Source: Candidatus Kapaibacterium sp.
Lineage (GTDB): Bacteria; Bacteroidota; Ignavibacteria; Kapaibacteriales; UBA2268
Reading direction: 5' to 3'
Length of the DNA stretch: 50,273 nt
NCBI GenBank assembly: GCA_031550405.1
Contig: JAVBOP010000154.1
Location: 1-50,273 of the forward strand
Position numbers and translations under genes: made by a program. How positions within the stretch are numbered: the stretch's first letter is position 1; each line of letters opens with the position of its first letter. The notes under the pieces are model-generated. The model ran no database searches and was not told where the DNA came from. It saw only the letters and a list, made by a program, of their open reading frames with translations. Below are positions 48,075 through 50,273 of the stretch, in pieces.

Positions 48075-48851
48075 ATGAATTTTTTTTCATTTATTGGCAG
48101 AAAAATATTAAATTTTTTGGCAGAACTCGGTCGAATTTTTATTTTATTATGCCGAATTTTCCGCTATTTTCCTGCTGCATTCAAACATAAGCAGTTGATA
48201 TTAAAGCAGATGGCTATCATAGGAGCCGATTCACTGCCATTGGTTCTGTTAATAGGGGCGTTTACGGGGGCAATCGCTGCGCTGCAGGCAACAACCCTGT
48301 TCGATAAATTTAATCTAATGGATATTGCCAAGCCATTTCTTGGTGCTTCCATCGCAACGGTGGTGTTGCAGGAACTGACTCCTGTGCTTACGGCGCTTGT
48401 TATAGCTGGTCGCGTTGGCGGATCTATGGCTGCACAAATCGGCACAATGCAAGTTACGGAGCAAATTGATGCGCTGGAAATGATGGCGATTGATAAAAAT
48501 AATTTTCTTGGGATGCCGAGAGTAATGGCTTCTCTTGTTATGATGCCCATACTCGCTGTGTTTTCGGCAGTTGTAGCTATGCTGGGAGCATATTTTATGG
48601 TTATCGCTAAATTTGATTTTAATCCAGAATTATATATCACCTCAATCCAAAGCTTTTTCAGAATGTCAGAGTTGCTTACATGCCTTCTAAAATCAGCAGT
48701 ATTCGGCGGCATAACTTCGTTGATAGGCGTGCATGTTGGCTTTACCACTATTGGCGGTGCAGAAGGCGTTGGCAACAGCACCGTGCGGGCGTTCACCATG
48801 TCCGCCGCCGTAATATTAATTTTAGATGCTCTCTTTGGTTTTATTTTGTAA
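48075..48851 (+). CDS. mlaE: MlaE-family ABC transporter permease
   Basis: The LTPVLTALVIAGRVGGSMAAQIGTMQVTEQIDALEMMAID signature is characteristic of MlaE/YrbE. Confidence 0.85.
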   Translation: MNFFSFIGRKILNFLAELGRIFILLCRIFRYFPAAFKHKQLILKQMAIIGADSLPLVLLIGAFTGAIAALQATTLFDKFNLMDIAKPFLGASIATVVLQELTPVLTALVIAGRVGGSMAAQIGTMQVTEQIDALEMMAIDKNNFLGMPRVMASLVMMPILAVFSAVVAMLGAYFMVIAKFDFNPELYITSIQSFFRMSELLTCLLKSAVFGGITSLIGVHVGFTTIGGAEGVGNSTVRAFTMSAAVILILDALFGFIL

Positions 48852-48968
48852 ACTGGGCAAAGACTGCCCCCAATCGAGCTCTGTTCCTGAATCATAGCAA
48901 TATTATAATCAGATTCAAAAAAAATGTTAAGAAATAATTTTAACGTAATGCTTGATATTTTCAATTGG

Positions 48969-49245
48969 TTAAAGCGTTTTTAATGCAGCTGTTGGCGTCC
49001 GTAAAAATATGCTGAGTTTTACCAGCAATTGATTTCGCTTTCTCATAAATATTTTTTGCAACTTTGTTGGCTTTTTTTTTACGTAAGTATATATCTCGTC
49101 AAATTCAACTATATCTATTGTTTTATTAGTGCTTATAGATTTTTTGTTGTTGCTGCCTTGCAATTTTTTATGAAATTCTTTGATCCAACGCAAAATAGAT
49201 GCAGGACTGCCTTTGATGGCATTTCGCCTCTTTTCTAATATCAGA
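48969..49245 (-). pseudogene. Relic of an IS1-like transposase (HTH plus the start of the catalytic region, frameshifted/truncated)
   Basis: The reverse frame reads ..ILEKRRNAIKGSPASILRWIKEFHKKL...IDIVEFDEIYTYVKKK.., then degenerates after an A9 run. It has no proper start and no terminal repeats that I could recognise. Confidence 0.5.
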
Positions 49246-49517
49246 GTTTATGCAGATTATGGTTAATATAAAAATAGCACAATGATGCGTGTTTTTCAAA
49301 AATACTTAAGATACGAGTGGTTTGTGAAACTATATTTATGGCATGTATGTAAAATAATCTTGTCTGACAGTATTTTCAGGAATAATTTAATTTATCATGG
49401 ATACGCTTTTATGTTCCAAAACCTCGTATCTTTACCAGTCAATACACAAAACAAGGTGGATTAGTTCCGTAATAAAACATGCCTCAATTAAAAAAAAATA
49501 AAAATAGAAAACGAATC

Positions 49518-50273
49518 ATGTACATAACATTATCAGCGATATTGGCTGTTTCCGTAGCAACAATTGCATTCCTTAACCAGCCGAGTTTTGGGCGTTCGCC
49601 AAGTGGTGAACGTAAGGAACGTATATCAAAATCACCTAATTACCGCGATGGGAAGTTTCATAATATCTCGCCGACTGAGCAAATTACATCAAGTAAATCA
49701 ATGATAGGAACTATGTTTGATTTTTTGTTTAAGAAGGTCGATGACTTAAAACCCAAGGCGGATTTGCCAGCTATCAAAACGGATTTAAAGCAATTCGGAC
49801 GCGATGAAGACGTGATAGTTTGGTTGGGGCATTCAGCCGTTTTCATACAGGCAAATGCTAAGCGATTTTTGATTGATCCTACGTTGGTCAAGGCTGCTCC
49901 TGTGTCATTTATGAATAAGCCGTTCAAAGGAACAAACATCTACAAACCTGACGATATACCCCAGATTGATTATCTCATTATCACGCATGACCATTGGGAT
50001 CATTTGGATTACAAAACTGTGAAACCGCTACAAAACAGGATAGGAAAAGTAATTTGTCCGCTTGGTGTTGGAGAGTATTTTGAAGATTGGGGTTTTGACA
50101 AAAATAATATTATTGAGCTTGACTGGAATGAAAATGCAGCTCTTGTTGATGGCTTTACTGTACATTGTTTTCCTGCCCGCCATTTTTCGGGACGTGGTTT
50201 GTCGCAGCGTAAAACATTATGGGCTTCATTTCTGCTTCAAATGCCTTCACGGAATATTTATATAAGCGGTGAT
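49518..50273 (+). CDS. MBL-fold metallo-hydrolase (partial, runs off the window end)
   Basis: Not in the ORF track because there is no stop before the window end. ATG at 49518, an N-terminal TM/signal segment, 252 open codons, and the metal-binding motif ITHDHWDH. Confidence 0.75.
   Translation, partial: MYITLSAILAVSVATIAFLNQPSFGRSPSGERKERISKSPNYRDGKFHNISPTEQITSSKSMIGTMFDFLFKKVDDLKPKADLPAIKTDLKQFGRDEDVIVWLGHSAVFIQANAKRFLIDPTLVKAAPVSFMNKPFKGTNIYKPDDIPQIDYLIITHDHWDHLDYKTVKPLQNRIGKVICPLGVGEYFEDWGFDKNNIIELDWNENAALVDGFTVHCFPARHFSGRGLSQRKTLWASFLLQMPSRNIYISGD

Noticed and set aside
48164-48964. 266-aa ORF antisense to mlaE
   Set aside because: It entirely overlaps a gene with an unmistakable MlaE signature. 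Its translation is low-complexity and Ile/Ala/Ser-rich with no recognisable motif, so it is a shadow ORF.

Overview
AT-rich chromosomal window of about 50 kb. It is mostly densely packed housekeeping genes: secG, rubrerythrin, nadK, rfbB, mfd, panC, yggS, atpDC, tmk, rsmI, mrdA, alaS, a chorismate mutase/DAHP synthase fusion and mlaE. A T9SS C-terminal sorting domain, a TonB-dependent receptor, recurrent TAnnTTTG boxes upstream of starts and a cheR gene suggest an FCB-group bacterium (Ignavibacteria/Bacteroidota-like). That taxonomic call is inference only. I found no rRNA, tRNA, CRISPR array, intact mobile element, prophage or recognisable defence island, and I cannot point to a convincing new multi-gene system. 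The most unusual signals are at the DNA level. (1) A 20-bp palindrome, TTATGAA-N6(A/T only)-TTCATAA, sits in most intergenic spacers, often directly after or over stop codons, and appears a few times inside genes. (2) Two copies of a structured element of about 85 nt lie in inverted orientation, each next to a copy of the palindrome, and bracket secG-rbr-oadB. (3) A second small repeat, GTTTAAT..AAAAAACACCCCG, occurs twice. At the protein level the notable items are a lipoprotein with Thr-rich, Tyr/Pro/Trp-rich and Arg/Ser/Thr/Asn-rich low-complexity blocks; an ECF sigma cluster whose anti-sigma-like partner ends in a beta-barrel-like domain; a 1150-aa protein I tentatively assign to the PPi-dependent PEPCK family; an orphan decarboxylase beta subunit; and an orphan CheR/HEAT-repeat pair. 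Two short transposase relics are present. One of them follows mlaE, where mlaF/mlaD would normally be expected. All functional calls come from reading the supplied translations for motifs; no database search was possible.
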